NCBI GenBank assembly: GCA_965655095.1
Contig: OZ296655.1
Location: 66,526,001-66,590,000 of the forward strand
DNA: 64,000 nt
From: Haplodiscus bocki
Taxonomy: Eukaryota
Reading direction: 5' to 3'
Shown: positions 1 through 14,010 of the stretch, one piece after another
How the letters are laid out: every line of letters begins with the position of its first letter
How positions within the stretch are numbered: position 1 is the first letter of the stretch
Program-made: the position numbers and the translations under genes
The notes under the pieces: model-generated
Told to the model about the DNA's origin: nothing
The model's input: the letters and a program-made list of their open reading frames with translations, nothing else
Databases searched by the model: none

Positions 1-255
1 TTTGCGGGTGAATATTGGTATGCGTTTTTGTACAATACTAAACAGCCAAACCAAAAACATCAGATGTCTTCGGGAGCGGTCTATTAGAGAAAACAATGTC
101 AGACTCAATCGGTCTGTTCTGATTCCAGCAGACCCAGGTACACTTTCACTTTCAGAGTTGAGCTGCCTGATAAAAAGTGCCCTCATAAAAACCAGAAATT
201 AAATTTTAAAATGAACTGAAAGTGTTCAACAGGGAACTTGGAAATGTGAAATTTG

Positions 256-390
256 CCCGGGTTGACATCGTAACGACATTAAGCGCTGATCAGCTCTGAT
301 TCAGAAATGTTTCAGTTTTAATCCAGCGCTGTTAGCTACCTGAAAATCTCTGAACAACGCTGATTCAGTTCTGAACAGCGCTGAAAACAC
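256..390. repeat. AGCGCT-rich MITE-like fragment (CCCGGG terminus)
   Basis: Starts CCCGGGTTGA and shares CAGCGCTGATC...GATTCAGAAATGTTTCAG...TACCTGAAAAT with the copy at 54490-54610. Confidence 0.6.
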
Positions 391-794
391 AATCTTTGAA
401 AGATAGGAAAAGAGGTGCCGATGTATATTAAGTTCTGCGCTGAGCGATATTAAGTTATTAATGTGCTGCACAATTGTCTCCTATCAAAAATCAAAATATC
501 CAATGCGTTCTCAGTTCCTTTTTGTAATCTGCCTTCACAGTGTCTTCAAAATTAAAAGTTAATTTTAAAAATCACGGTCGAAACAAAATGGCACTTTTTT
601 TCAAAAGCTGAAGTTGAACTTTATAGCAACAGTTCTTGATCAAATAAACTGACAAATTTGGCCGATTGCCGAATGAAATCTTATATTAATCACGCTACGG
701 TACGGGAAAAAATAGTAAAATTGCTAATATTATTTGGTTCTAATTTTTAGCTAGCTCTGAGCGACGCGTGAATGGCATTTCATTAAAGCAGGGG

Positions 795-3107
795 TGCCGC
801 GCGTCAATTGTTTTGTTAAAAAACGGAACGAGTCTGTAGAACTTTTATCTCTCTATTTTCGGTGCTTTGCTGGCTCTGCGAGCAAAGATGGCGTAAGTTC
901 AATAGCAACAACTCTATGAGCGATGAAAGAGCAATAGAAAATGAAATAATCAATTATTCGGTCTAACGAGGGAGATAAACGCGTTCAAAGGAAATGAAAG
1001 GGAAACAGCGCAAATTGGGAACTGAGTCATGTCTGACTGCAAGGGATAAAATTGGAACTAGGGGGAATCACTGTCTTCTTAAGGAAATTTCTGGTAGTAG
1101 TTGCTCCTTGAATATTGAAAATTTGAAGAAACGTCCTCAGCAGAGGTTAAGATTCCCCCTTGTAAAAAATTTTTACCATTCCATCCAATTTTGTAGTCTC
1201 AAATTCTACTTCATCAAAAAACTTCATATTCAAAAAGCAGATCGCAGAAAATAAAGAATCTAAGAAGATATAAAATAAAGATATTTATAAAGATCTTTAT
1301 ATTTATAAACATATAAAATTTTTATATCTAAGAACTCTGGAAATTACCCAATTGAAAGATTATCCCGTGAAAAGGGCTATTGTTGATCAATTGACTAAAA
1401 AATGATAAGAAAGTTTCACAAAGTTGTCATGATGAAACAAATTTATCCAAAATGCAAAAGATATAAAAGCCCCAAGAGCAAGTGGAAAATTAGGTCATCA
1501 ATTGAACTCAGAAACCAACGGACAATTCAATTACTAAAAAATTTCCAGGAAATTTTATCTGGAATAAGTTGAAGTGAGGTTGAGTAATACGGGTGAGTAT
1601 ATTTTTTGTTTGGGGCTAGGAAGGACAAATTATTCTCCGATTTTTCTAGCGCTGTTTTTTATGGGGTTACTTTCTCACAGTTTTTACGTTTTATTTGTTA
1701 ATTTTATGTCCTATATAAAGTTTTAGCCTTTCATCTACACACCGTAACTAGCAAATTGCCGTCAACGAGTTAAGGTTTCTTAGTTTTTTTCCTAAATCTC
1801 CAAACCGTGAATAAACCTCCGGATTTTTTGGCGGGGCCTGATTTATTTCAAGTTTTATCTAGGACTCAGGTGAAAGCTTGAATTAACAGCAACATGGTGA
1901 ATTTCTTCAAGTCCTTTTTTCTCTAGCCGAGATTTTTGTCTAGCGGATTTTTTGGCAAGGATTCACCAAAAAGTTACTAGGATTGACCAGAGAGATATCC
2001 TCTTTCTTGACTGGAAAATTTTTGACTAGCAGAAACTGTTGATGGAGTCGGATGATCTGCGTGTCACTCTGGAACTCTCCTCCTATAAACTGGACATGCA
2101 TTAGGACTGAATTGGAATTTTGAAAAAAAGAATTGTTTCAGAATATCTGCGATAGGGATGGCTTTGCATATATACTCCGTATCTAGGAATTTAGAATAAA
2201 TTCTAATTTACCACGGCAGCAGAAGAGGTGAGATTTGATCAACTTAAGGTCAAATAAGTCTCTTCGGTGAACCTCCTGAGAACTGTGCAGTTTAAGATTC
2301 ACTTTTGCTTCAGAACCGGAGCTTGTCAGCGGAATTCGCACCTGCTAATACTAAAGATAGCATTAGTGGACACTGTTTAGATTCCAGCGGAAAGAGTATA
2401 GAATAAGTAAGAGGTCGTGCAGTTCAATATTCATTCTTGTTCTAGACCCGAAGTTCGTCCAGGGAATCCGCACACGCCACTACCGAAGCTGGCGTTAGTG
2501 GACAATGTTAAGACTCCAGCTGCAAAAGCATGGAATAGGTAGGCAAAAAGAGGGAATTATTCTAAGTCAGATGGAAAATTTGACTTGGAATAATTTTTGC
2601 AAATTTGGAGTTTGACTTAGAAATTTTAGCCAAAGAAGAGCAAAGAATAGAAAAAGTTTTGACTTAAAATAATTTTTTCCGAAGAGAAGAGGGAGAACAA
2701 ACTGGTTTTAGAATAATTTTGTCTATGATAGTGAACGCGAGAAAGGGAGTTGGACTTAGAACCATTTGTCCAAGTGAAGGGCAGAAGAAGAGTAATTAAA
2801 GCACGTCAAAAAGGGAGTGAGGAGTCACGTCTGTTAAACGGGAAGGAACGTTATGATCGAGTTCGTTTCCCAAATTGACTCTAAAAAAACAGCGTGCTGT
2901 AATTTCAAGCAACCAGTAAAAAATTGGTTTGTACCAAGCATGTTGGCAGCAGGAGCCAATTGGAAAATAACTTTTGTTGGAATTTTTTGTATGAATTATT
3001 TGTGCAACTCCAATTGTTTATTTATTTATTTATTAACTCCAAAGGTTTGCTTTAATGAATTAACGCGTAATTCATTTAATCGTTGAAGCGTTTTGTGTAA
3101 CGCGATA
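795..3107 (-). mobile_element. Diverged family-A LTR (3' LTR of an old element)
   Basis: Minus strand starts TATCGCGTTACACAAAACGCTT (cf. TGTCGCGTTATAGCTAACGCTT) after GGGGTGAGT, as at 61964-61970. 2160-2530 matches the 25570-25920 and 57620-57860 LTR module; 860-925 matches the LTR 3' part (GCTCA...GCAAAGCACC). Left end approximate. Confidence 0.75.
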
Positions 3108-4238
3108 ACTCACCCCGCTGAAAGGGAAGTGAAAATGAGCGAGGGGTTTTATGGAAAGGGGAAAAGGAGGGAAATTTGGGTGGGAGATTTTAGCACACGA
3201 GGGTCGGAAAATCCGATCTCAATAAAACTCGCACCCTCAATTAGAAAACCTTCAGTTTCACTAAATGGTTTGGAGTGGGGGATAAAATTTTTGAAGATGT
3301 TTGTCGAAACTCCTGTTTTCGTTGAGATTGTGGGGGTCTTGTTGGCCGGGTCTTGATCAGGGCGAATTGTCTTCGTCCAGGTGCTCAGTGCATCAGGTTG
3401 ATCACGGATACCAATGTCGATGAGCTTCGACAAGGGCCATTCAAGTAGGTTGTCGTAGTCACCAAGGAAGGGTTGAATAAAATTGATGCACATTTGCCAG
3501 TAGCGGGTCCAATACCATTAGGGTAGAACTTGACGAAAAAGTTGTATCCATGGAATGAGTCCTGAAAATAGTAGTACTAAAACTTGTGGCCGGTTCAATT
3601 AGGGGATCAGATGATGGTTGGTATACTTTTGCGGAGTCAAATACACACTTCACTGAAGGAATCTTCCAAATGATAGTATCCGAAATACCAGCTTCAATGT
3701 GGCGAATTTCATCGTATAAAAAAGTACTGAAAGTGAATCCCCACAGTAATTGATGTATAAGTTTCTATTTCATCACTGAACAACTTTTCCAGTTCATAAA
3801 TTCTTGATGAGAGAATCTGTACCTTAGTTAGGGGGCCATCCCGTGTGCTAGTTGAAAACTGAAAGTCAGCGTTTGCAGTTTTGTTCGGTATTGGTCTGGG
3901 TGCTTCCACAGCGCCCTCCGGGGTAGAACGACGAACTGAAGGTTCAGCAGCCCAGGGAATCAGGAGTGCATGTGGAGTAGGAGTAGGGTTAGGGTTAGGG
4001 TTAGGCTTATTTTGTTTAACTGATAGCGGAGTTTTCAACAGAAGTATCGCTAATGAGAATTGTTCCAACAGAAGAGAAATGCAAGTAGCGCAGTAATGCA
4101 AATTCATTTTGAAGTTGAAGGACCATAATTTGTAATGTCTTTCGGTCGAGTTGTTCTGCTTTCAAATGTTGGTTGAACTGTTGAATGGTTTATTTATCGA
4201 ATTTATTTTATCGTTCAGGCGTTATGTGTAACGCGATA
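3108..4238 (-). mobile_element. Internal remnant of the family-A element plus a ~35-bp LTR start
   Basis: A second LTR start TATCGCGTTACACATAACGCC ends at 4238; broken ORFs 3149-4107 have no recognisable domain; no matching TSD. Confidence 0.5.
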
Positions 4239-5339
4239 TTGGCGAAGTACGCATATTTACCTGACTGTCGAAATCAACTGTCAGTGACCCGCATTGAAAA
4301 GAATTTCCACATTGCCAATCTGAAGGCGTTTCTGGAAAATGCACGCAATTCACTAACAGATGACACTGAAATTTGTGGAATTTAATGTTATATCCAAAAA
4401 CTATTTACACTGATTGACGATGATTCTGCTTAAAATCTGAGTCAAGTATTTCGAACAATGTCTGCCGCCCCTGAAACATGTGCTCACTTTCCTCTTCACG
4501 AAAACTAGCCCCATTTGTGTTAGCCATCATCTGGGCCAAAAATTTGCATGTTGTGGCTTGAGAGACCATTGCTTCAGGATGAGGATCACTCTGGGAGTGG
4601 TCCTCATTAGATCCCTGGTTTATGCCATATGTGTTCCAGAACGTCTCCGGATGCAGTACAAGCGGATTATGCCAGAACTTCTACAGTTTCATCCCAGCGT
4701 CTGCTGTTTCTACACGATATATGCAGCTCTTCATCTCTTCAAATTCCGACAAGAATAAAATACTGTAGTTTACGAAGTCAATATACTTTCAATTATAAGT
4801 AACTACCTGTAATTTTTTATACGTTTCAATATAAACGAGCAGGTTATACCATGTTTTTCTTATTGTTTGTACTCTCTAAATAAGTTTGGTAAACTTTAAA
4901 TCAAAATTTTTTCGTAGCATTAGGTCATATCAGTATCGTGAAACACAGTGATTGACAGCCCATTTTAAAAACAGTGTTTCCTTTCATGGCTGGTCTTTCC
5001 GTTTATGGCCTTTCCATTTATGGTATATCGTATTGGGTAACACTTGCTACATACTTTTGGCCAATATTTCTTTCTCATTGATGCAGTCAAGCTGCTACAA
5101 TCTTTTTGTTTAGTTGAGATTTTTCTATTGAACTTTGATTCCGCGCCCTAATAAATGCTTCCCTTCCCCGCACGTTCAAATCCGGGTCTGCAAGATGTTT
5201 TTAGTAGTAAATCTCAAATTCAAAATCCGTGATTACCCTGCGAGAAACCAAGTTTTGAATCCGGCATTCACCCGTTGAAGGATAGCATGGATCCTGGGAC
5301 CCGTTGCAAACCATTAAAAATCCTTATATTAGTGAGCTC

Positions 5340-6050
5340 TAAACGCTGCCGAACTTTACTACAACCTAATACATTGCCGAAATAAACCCTATCTTAATAC
5401 TTTGCTGAACCCTACCTTATCTTGATACATTGCCAAACTACACCTTATTTTATTACATTGCCGAAGTATACCCCATACTAATAAATTGGCGAATTTTACC
5501 CTATCTTAATACATTGCCGAACTATACACTATCTCAATACATCACCCAAGTTTTTTTCCACATAGCATTAAGTCACAACAGCATCCACAGGCGTTATTAA
5601 GAACCGCAGGAGGCATACTTAGTCTGCACCCTATTGATTATACGCGGGACCCTGGAAGAAATCTTCGAACAATTTTTCTCGAAAAAGTCTCACAATGACA
5701 AAAATGAGTCGTTAAACCCGACTCCCTATCTTTGTACATTGCGAAATCCTATAGCCTCTACTAATACATTGCCAAATACCATTCCTTATTTTAATACATC
5801 ACCGAACACACTCGGCTCAAGCCCAAAACCAAAAAGTTGCCGGCAGCCAATCAAAATTGAGCACAAAAACCCTTAAACTTCCTCAGCTAATCAAAATCGA
5901 GTCATTCGTCACCCAAAAACACTCGAGAGCTCTCGGCTAGTGTGGAAGACCCTTCTCGGCTCTCGGCTCCTCTTGGCTTGCTATAGCCTATCTTAATACA
6001 TAGTGTCTTCCAACCCCCCCCCCTCAGCTCTGCTCACACTTCTACTACTG
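5340..6050. repeat. Repeat element with ~39-bp tandem units (CCCTATCTTAATACATTGCCGAA)
   Basis: Units recur at about 5365-5545 and 5725-5805; CAGCCAATCAAAAT and CTCTCGGCT sub-repeats; ends TTCTACTACTG. Confidence 0.6.
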
Positions 6051-8993
6051 TTGTATCTGTTCGTGTTTGAGGAATTTTTGCATTGCATCGTAGATGAGTG
6101 TTTGCTCCCCTTTGAAATGTATTAGCATCTGGTTAAAAAACGTTTTAGCTGCCTGACTTACATTTAAAGGTGGTCTTGATTGTAATTAGTTGTCAAAAAT
6201 ACATTTTATATTCGATATCGCTACGGACACTGCGGGCTTAGTTTTTTTCAGTGCCCGATTTGTTCTCAACTTTTGACGGGCATTTCGATTTGGAGCAAGA
6301 GATATTTTTTTAAAATATGCTGTTGAGCAAATTTTTCAACTTGTGGTTGTTTCTGATTTTCAGTGTGTGTTAGAATTTGGTTTAACATAAGTGGTTGAAG
6401 AGATGTTAGAAGATTTGATGACCCTGCAATGGGTTGTAATTCGATGCCAAGGGTTGATGACGTTCGAGCTATTGAATCAAATATGAGTTTGGATAAAACA
6501 AAGGAATTCCTTGGGAGAGCATCATTTCCTTCTGGAGCAACATCTTTTGGTTGAGAAAAAATGCTAGAGGTTTCAGATAGATTAGGCTGCTTGTTTGCTG
6601 CTTACATCGTTTTATAACCTAATGTTGGGGTAATATTTTGTTGTGTGCTACTTTTAAAAAGTTTTCAACTTTAGCTTCTGATGGACTAACGTCGATGTTT
6701 CGTCCAATTGACTCTACAGGTGAGGTGGCTGGAGATATTGAATTTCCTTCACTCTCTCTATAAAAAAACAGTATCAGTTTGTTCGGGTACTGTTCAAAAA
6801 GAAATAACACTCCATATAATGTCTTCAACTGTCAAATGCGGCAGCAATGCTTGAAATTCATTCTGAGTAGCACGGATAAAGCTACGTTGATAGCTAAATC
6901 AAAAAGTTTTCTCAAATTGAATTTTTTTGTCCGATCTGATTTGCTTTTCCTTGGAAATCAAATCAGAGAAATTTTGTATTGGAAAGTTTTGATCTCTGTT
7001 GTATATTTCAAAGAACAGGAGTACGACTTCCATTTTTTAGTATCAAGACTTTCCAACTGATATTGTTTATGGAATATTTCTTCAAAGTGGAATGTGGGAA
7101 ATTTGGCTTACTTGATTTTGGCCCGCGTGTTAAAGTTCATCCGTAAACTGCTCAGTTACATCAGCTTTTGATGTAAATTTCTAAAAAAAACTCAACGCAA
7201 AATATTTTATGTACAAGGAATTTATGGAAAAAAAACTTAGGTATGGAGGTTCGAAACACGGTTTAAATGACTCTCAATGATGGATCATTGAAACTTGAAA
7301 TACAGAATTTTGCGTCAATGAAATAAGGATTTACATCAGAAAACCTTGTGGTCTCGGATAACTTGGAATTAAATGAAGTGGAGTAAGATTACGGTTTTTG
7401 AATTTAGAAAAATGCATTGGTTGTTTTCTTCTGAATCCGGAGCATCCATTTTGATGATGATCTGGAAGTACTTGTAGGATTATTCTCGTTAAATATGTTT
7501 GATTTTTCTTCAGAAGTAGAGATTGGATACTTGTCAGCAGTTTTTTATGGCGGTTTAATGTACTCAAGGATAGTTTGGCGTGTTATCTCGACTGCTAAAT
7601 CATCAAGTTCAAGCTTATGTCAGTCAATTAATTCATTTGATTAGTTGGCCCTTTCAACTCGTTGAGCTGATAAACTTTGGGTTTTAGCTGTTTATCTTAG
7701 CCGATCAGTTTCATTTTCTACTAATTTTTCTCTGCTGTCAGATTACCCCTCTGAATATTTCTTTTCAAGCTTAACAGCTAACAAACGTCCCATTGCATCA
7801 TGCTATTTTTCTTCTTTTTGCTTTTTTCTGTTTTCTGTTTTTCTGTTTTGCCGTAAGCAAGGTTTTTGTTCGGGTTTAATCAAAGGTTCACAAGACTGCA
7901 TTCATCTGCAAAAGCAGAATGATCAGACTGATTCATTTGATTGGACCTAATGGATTTTTTTGAATTTATTGAATTGAAAGTTGATGATCTTCTCAAAATT
8001 CAGGAAAATATAATCGAAAAAATGAGGCAGAAAACTGAATTAAAGCAAGTCAGTTGCTTTTGTTGAAGTATTGCAAAATGATCTTATCAGTATACTTCTT
8101 GAATATAGTCTACTAACTTGGAAAAAGAAATTAAAAGTTCAGAGAGCGAAGATAATGACCCTTAGGAATTTTGCGTACTATTTCGGGACTAACTGCATTT
8201 AAGTAAAAGTTGCTGCCAGTATCGCAAACCAAATTAATTTGGATAAAAAACTGACAGACTTCGAAACTTCGCTTTACTTTTAAGGAGAGGCGAGAATCAG
8301 CAGCAAGTACGTATTCTCTCAAAAATCAACTTGCTCTTCCAATATCTGATCAAAACTGGTCGGTTTCTTCTTATCAAAGAATCAATGTACATCGACAGGC
8401 AGCACCTAATGGAGTACTATACAATTTCTCCTAAATTTGCATAAAGGTCCATAAGTCTGTAAGATAAAGACATCAACGACACTTGGCAATGGAATCTTTC
8501 GTTATGACTTTCAGTCTTACGGGTTGTTATAAAAAATTTCCTTAAGTTGTAAAACGCCCTCACAGTTTGTTTTTTGGCATGCCAGGGTCGGAAAAAACTC
8601 TACACTACATATTTTTGTTTTTAGAGGAAGGAGTAAAATATGTTTGATGAATTCAGAGGATTGTTTTAACTGTTTAGTTCTTCAGAAAATAGAAGTTGTT
8701 TCAAGAATGATTATCGGATACCTCTAGAAATCAGCGGGTTGCAACATAAGAAATGAAAGTGATTTGACTAACCATGTTTGACGTAAAAAAGTAGAATTTT
8801 TCATCTAAAATACAAAATGATTAACGAAATAAATTGCGGATAAAAACCGTGACTCACAAGTATTAATACATCTGCACCGTTTTTGCGGTGTATTTTGTGT
8901 CAATAAATATACACTTTGTTGTTTCTTTTTGTTGTGAATGAATTTAGTTCAGTTAAACTGGTCAATGATTTTGGAAAATTTTCAATATTTCAG

Positions 8994-9523
8994 GCTATCG
9001 TAAGCGATTGAGTCTACAAGAGATTTTAGACTGTACACCAGCGTCCCCCATCCGAGGATACATAACGGTAGACGCCTTCTCATATATATAGAGAGTCACG
9101 GAATCAGCTTTCTCTCTGATTTCCCATCTTCACATCTTGGAGCAATTGGCAACTGCAAGCGAACAGAAACACTACGAACAGCAACTATAAAGGGTTATAA
9201 ACTTCTCCAACATGATGACGAAGAGAATTTGAAAACTGCCGCTGCTGTAATTGGACCAATTTCTGTCACCATTAGAGTGATTCATCACTTTTTTTAACCA
9301 AGCACGCCTTTTCTATGACCCCATTTGTGTAAATCGTGGAGACCCATTAAATTACGCTGTTTTGTTCGTGGGCTACGGGAGTGATCTTATTGCTGGCGAT
9401 TACTGGATCAATTAAAACAGTTGGGGAGCTCGATGGGGGGAGCACGGGCTTGCCAAAATAGCCAGAAATACTTTACACAGCTGTGGAATAGCTTCGGCTG
9501 CTAATTATCCTGTGATGGTGTAA
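8994..9523 (+). pseudogene. Cathepsin L-like (papain family C1A) protease, C-terminal exon, pseudogenised
   Basis: After a ttcag acceptor: LSLQEILDC, then IGPISVTI, then LNYAVLFVGYG...DYWIN*NSWGARWGEHG...CGIASAANYPV*. Catalytic His replaced by Tyr, in-frame TAA before NSWG, frameshifts. Confidence 0.85.
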
Positions 9524-9639
9524 ACATTTGCTGAAAGCCATCAAAATTGTAGCTCTAATCTTCATATAATATTTTACTTACATTTTTTTCTCCCTACTTT
9601 TTAAAAATTTCAAGCTGAAGCTACCTTTTGATGTAAATC

Positions 9640-9846
9640 ATGACAAGTTTTCCATTGTGTATGAAACAGGGAAGCTTCTCTATGATCATGGCATGATCTT
9701 AAAAACCATTCCATGGCTCAACATATCATAGAATTCTTGCTAAGATCATAAATCTTTACGTCTGGTTATAATCTTGGAAGTCCTGCCAAGGTCTTGGAAG
9801 TCTTACCATGACCATCTTAACCTTGGCACGGTTCGCATGCCCGGGT
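9640..9846. repeat. CATG-rich MITE-like repeat
   Basis: Dense CATG/CATGAT motifs ending GCATGCCCGGG; similar tracts at about 15890-16114 and 38420-38630. Confidence 0.45.
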
Positions 9847-10669
9847 TGACCAAAACGAAAAGAACCATAATTTGTAATAATGCAACCGTACAAAAAAAAC
9901 AGTTTATGATTTCCCTATGATTTTCATGGCATAATACTATGATCAGTGTATCACTTCCATAGCAACTTAGAACTATATGTTTCACTGTAAAAATGGGCCA
10001 GATAAATTTACCTGCGAGGGCTGCAAGCAAATGATTAGGCAAGTAAACGTTTCCACATTTAATCCTTACGTGCAGTTTGAGCAGTTAACCACTTCTGTGA
10101 AGCCTCTTTTGTAAGTTTCATGGTGGAACTGTTGTCTCCCTTGATTTAGAATTAAACAATTTGACCAAAGTAAACGCTCGCTGTCGTTGAAGTGAATGTT
10201 TTACACTTTGAAAATCATTTTGATTGTGAAATTTGAAATATTTCTCGATGGTTGTTAATCAGCTGTCGAGAAGAAATAAAGCTCGTTAAAGATTTCTTTA
10301 CTCCGGTATGAATTGATTAGGAACTGATTGTTGTAAAGTTTTTGTTTCCGAATTTCCCAACCAAGAAAAAAGCTTAAATGAAAAACCAATATTTGTATAA
10401 TGATACTTACGCAAGGTAATGACTGGAAAATGCCTCTCCAAAGTACAGTATTTCGAAAAAAGACATGAAATGCTACTATGTGCGCTCAAATCATTGGGTT
10501 AAAGCAAAAGCTTTAAACGTGTTTCTTTTTTTCCTTGTCAGCTCCAAAACAGTGGTTCTCGAGCTCATTTCTACAAAAATGAATCATATTTCAGTCTTTT
10601 TGATCACAGTTTGTATTTTTTTCGGGTATTGACAAGCTTTATCTACAAGAGCCTGGAAGCACTAACTAA

Positions 10670-11515
10670 AATGCAGGAATGCTGCCTGCAAACTGCAGGA
10701 AATGGTGTTACATGGAGGTTACCGTCGATGCTTACAGTTGCGTGTAAATTTGAATGCCATCGCTAGCATCTTCACCTGCGGCTGCATCTAAACTGGTTGC
10801 ACACTCAGTGTACCTGCGGCTCTTGTGGTTGCAGGTTTTGTCGCCTGCTGCAGCAGGCTCATTTACTTGCAGTTCCCCGTGTAGGACGTCCGGAGGTTTA
10901 TATGTAGTTTACCTGCAGGTTACGTAAGATTTGCTTGTGATCTGTCGTGAAAACGCCTGTGACTGGCATGCCTTGTGCATGTAGTTCGACCTGGTGACTT
11001 TATCAAAAATTGGTTGTCAGATACAAGCTTTTTTACTTGAGCACTTGTTGCATCTCTTCATAATATCGTAAGCAAAACTACCTGCAGTCTCAGGTAATTT
11101 TACCTCAGGTTGATTAGAAAGCACATACGTTCCACAGCTGAAACTGCCAGCGAGTTTCATGTAATTTTTTTAAATAGTATCTTATATTTCTGCCTATGGA
11201 GTGCGGGCAGTTCTACATGAAAATCGTATGCACATTCACATGACGGTACAGGCAGAATTGCCTGTGGTTCTCAGTATAAATGACATTCGCTTCTCACTCA
11301 ATTTTACCTGCACCTCAGGCAAACCTCATGTAATCCGCACGTGAACTAAACGCTCCAAAATTCCCATATGCGAATCTGCAGGTAAAAACGCCTGCATTGG
11401 CAAATAAGTTTACCTGTAGCCACAGGTACCGCAGGAGAAACAGACGTGGGATCAAAATGCATGCGGATCTCTGGTAAATTAGCGTGCTTTTTCATGTAAA
11501 CTTACCTTCGCAGTT
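10670..11515. repeat. Degenerate ACCTGC/GCAGGT-rich repeat element(s)
   Basis: Numerous (T/C)ACCTG(C/T) and GCAGG(T) motifs on both strands; no ORF. Confidence 0.45.
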
Positions 11516-13364
11516 AATATGGTGTAAGCGGAACCCTACCAAAATTAATTAATTTTAACCGGTGTCTCAGTTCACAAAAATTGTTGCTTGTGAGTATTTC
11601 CAACGTTCACAATAGCGTATTGGGAAAAAATGTTGGGTATTCAAAGAAAGTAACAATTACGTACTTCATGGGTGATTTGGGACATGAAGCACAGAATCGT
11701 TGATGCAAATTTAGGAGGGGGATTGTGCAGGGAAAAAAATATAAGAAATCCTCAAATTGGCCTGAAATGCACCTAGTTATATGATTTTCAAATAATCTGA
11801 TACTTGGAAATATGAGTTGCAACTAAGTTCTCTTTTCAGGCTGGGTTAGTTATGTAGACAACTGAAGATCAAGTTTTCAGTAATTCGATGATTAATGAAA
11901 CATTGCAGTAGAAAATTCGTTTTTAGGGCAAAAGGCCTAATTATTTTTTGACGAAATAGTCTAACGCTGGAAGTATTCAAGCGGTTATCATTGTGGTACG
12001 GAATTAGCGTGCTTTAATAGTTAACGATTATATAAAAAAATTGAAGTATCAAGGCTTAGAATATTTGAAGTCTTTGGCATCAACTTTTCGAATGTATATA
12101 AGAAATATCTAGATTTACCGCAGAAACTAATTTATAAGCTCGTTCGATTTTTTTAACAAAGCAAAATTTAAAACTGTATGAAAGACCGTGTTGCCCTGTC
12201 AGTGATGAAACTTATGAATTTTACTGAGACAAATGAGTCCAAAAGTAAGAGAGGTACATTTAGACGTCCGAACATGCATATCTAGAACTAGAGAAAGCCT
12301 ACCAAGTTCCAGCTACGGACCGTAGTAAATAATGAAGTCGAAATCTTTGATCCAAGATTTTACTGTCAATTTGAGGTAGCACAATTTTGAAATGTTCGAA
12401 GTACCATCTCATACAGTGAAAACTGCAATGTTAAAAGTATAGAGGCTAAAGCACAACACGTCCGAGAACGCCAAGGGACCATAGAACACACAGAGACTGA
12501 AAATAAACTCTTAGAGACTGTTGATACGTTGATATTTGTGGGTAAATTGAAGAGTTCTCTTGAAATTTTGTTTTCAAGTTTTAACTACTGAGTGGTGAGA
12601 CACAGCACCATCAGGATAGGATAAGTCACTTTTACAAAGCGATTTTTGATCTGAGCCTATAGGTTGAGCCTGAGCATCGAGAGATGTCAACTCACAATGT
12701 TATTTGCATTTTCCTTGCAGAACTCTGCATAGAAATCTGGTAATGCAAATTTCAGGATGTCAGAGATGTAATGAATTTTTTGCAGCTCCGTACTTGGCTT
12801 CTTGATGGCCCACTCATTGCAGCTAGACCCTGCTATAGTTTTCACCGCAATATCACTAGGCCATATTAGTTTTCTAAGACCCCTTTTACGTACTCGTAGC
12901 ATTCTTGTGGAAGCACCAGATGCATGTCATGAAAATATGAAACTAGCAACTTGAAAGAATTGAAAAATAAGAATATAGAATTGAGAAAAAAATCAATGTG
13001 GAGTCAATCATGCAAAAACATTTCAACTGATTCGATGTTTGAAAATTCATTTTTATTTGCAGATTTTGTAGTTGTTTTTCACAATAGTAATAAGAATTGT
13101 TGCTTTTTGTCTTCGCTTAAGTTATATCGTTCTGTTGAATGGAAAAAGAACGGTTGTTACAGTTTCTGCAGTCTCTGTGATCTTCTATACTTGACGCAGA
13201 AAACAATGAGACCAGCCAGCTAAGACGCTGAAAAATTGGTGAACTGAAAAATATTGTCAACAACCAGACGGCCAACTAGCACCGGCATATTTTTTGCCCA
13301 ATACAAAAATTTTGATCAACACGTGCAAACAGTTATAAACTAGACTACCGTCAAAAAACTTCGT

Positions 13365-14010
13365 TCAAAATTTTTTTTGTCTCAGTACCAAAAAATTTCG
13401 TTGGGGAACACTTTGGTGTTTCAGAGAATCTCGGGTATCGAAAAATTTTGATGCAACGTATTACGATTGTACGTTGGAAATTTTTTGTCTCATTCTATCG
13501 AAAAACTTCGTAGGGGACCCTTCTTTGTTTCGGGTATCGAAAAACTTTTTGCATGAGGGGGAGAGCACGATTTTCTGTAGACTATTTTATGTCTCATAGT
13601 ACCGAAACTTTCGTAGGGGAACCCTTTAGGGTTTTTCTAATTTCGAGCATCGAAAAATTTTATGCACAAAAGGGGTATATCACGATTTTCTGTCGAAAAT
13701 TTTTTGTCTCACAATACCAAAAATTTCGTTGGGGAACCCTTCTGTGTTTCAGAAAATTTCTGGTATCGAAAAATTTTATGGATAAGAAGGGGGGAGGGAG
13801 GGAGTGCCACAATTTTCCATCGAAAGATTCTTGTCTCACAGTACAGAAAAACTTCGTGGGGGAACTCTTCTGTGTTTCAGAAATTTCCTGGTATCGAAAA
13901 GGGGGTGTCACGATCCGAAATCGTAAAAATATTTGGCACGATACGGACTCGAACCCGTGACCTACCGCTTCAAAACCATGTTGTCCTAACCCCACTGCTG
14001 CCATTTATTT
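13365..14010 (-). mobile_element. tRNA-derived SINE-like element with a tandemly repeated body
   Basis: Minus strand 14003-13934 reads TGGCAGCAGTGG (A-box)...GGTTCGAGTCC (B-box)...GTGCCA, followed by about five 105-130-bp units containing GTCTCA-AGTACC-AAAA-TTCGT-GGGGAAC. Confidence 0.65.

Noticed and set aside
12687-12950. Possible minus-strand host exon ending in GTGAGT
   Set aside because: The frame is interrupted upstream, no domain is recognisable and no partner exons could be established.
13934-14010. Functional tRNA gene
   Set aside because: The acceptor and anticodon stems do not pair properly and it is attached to a repeat body.
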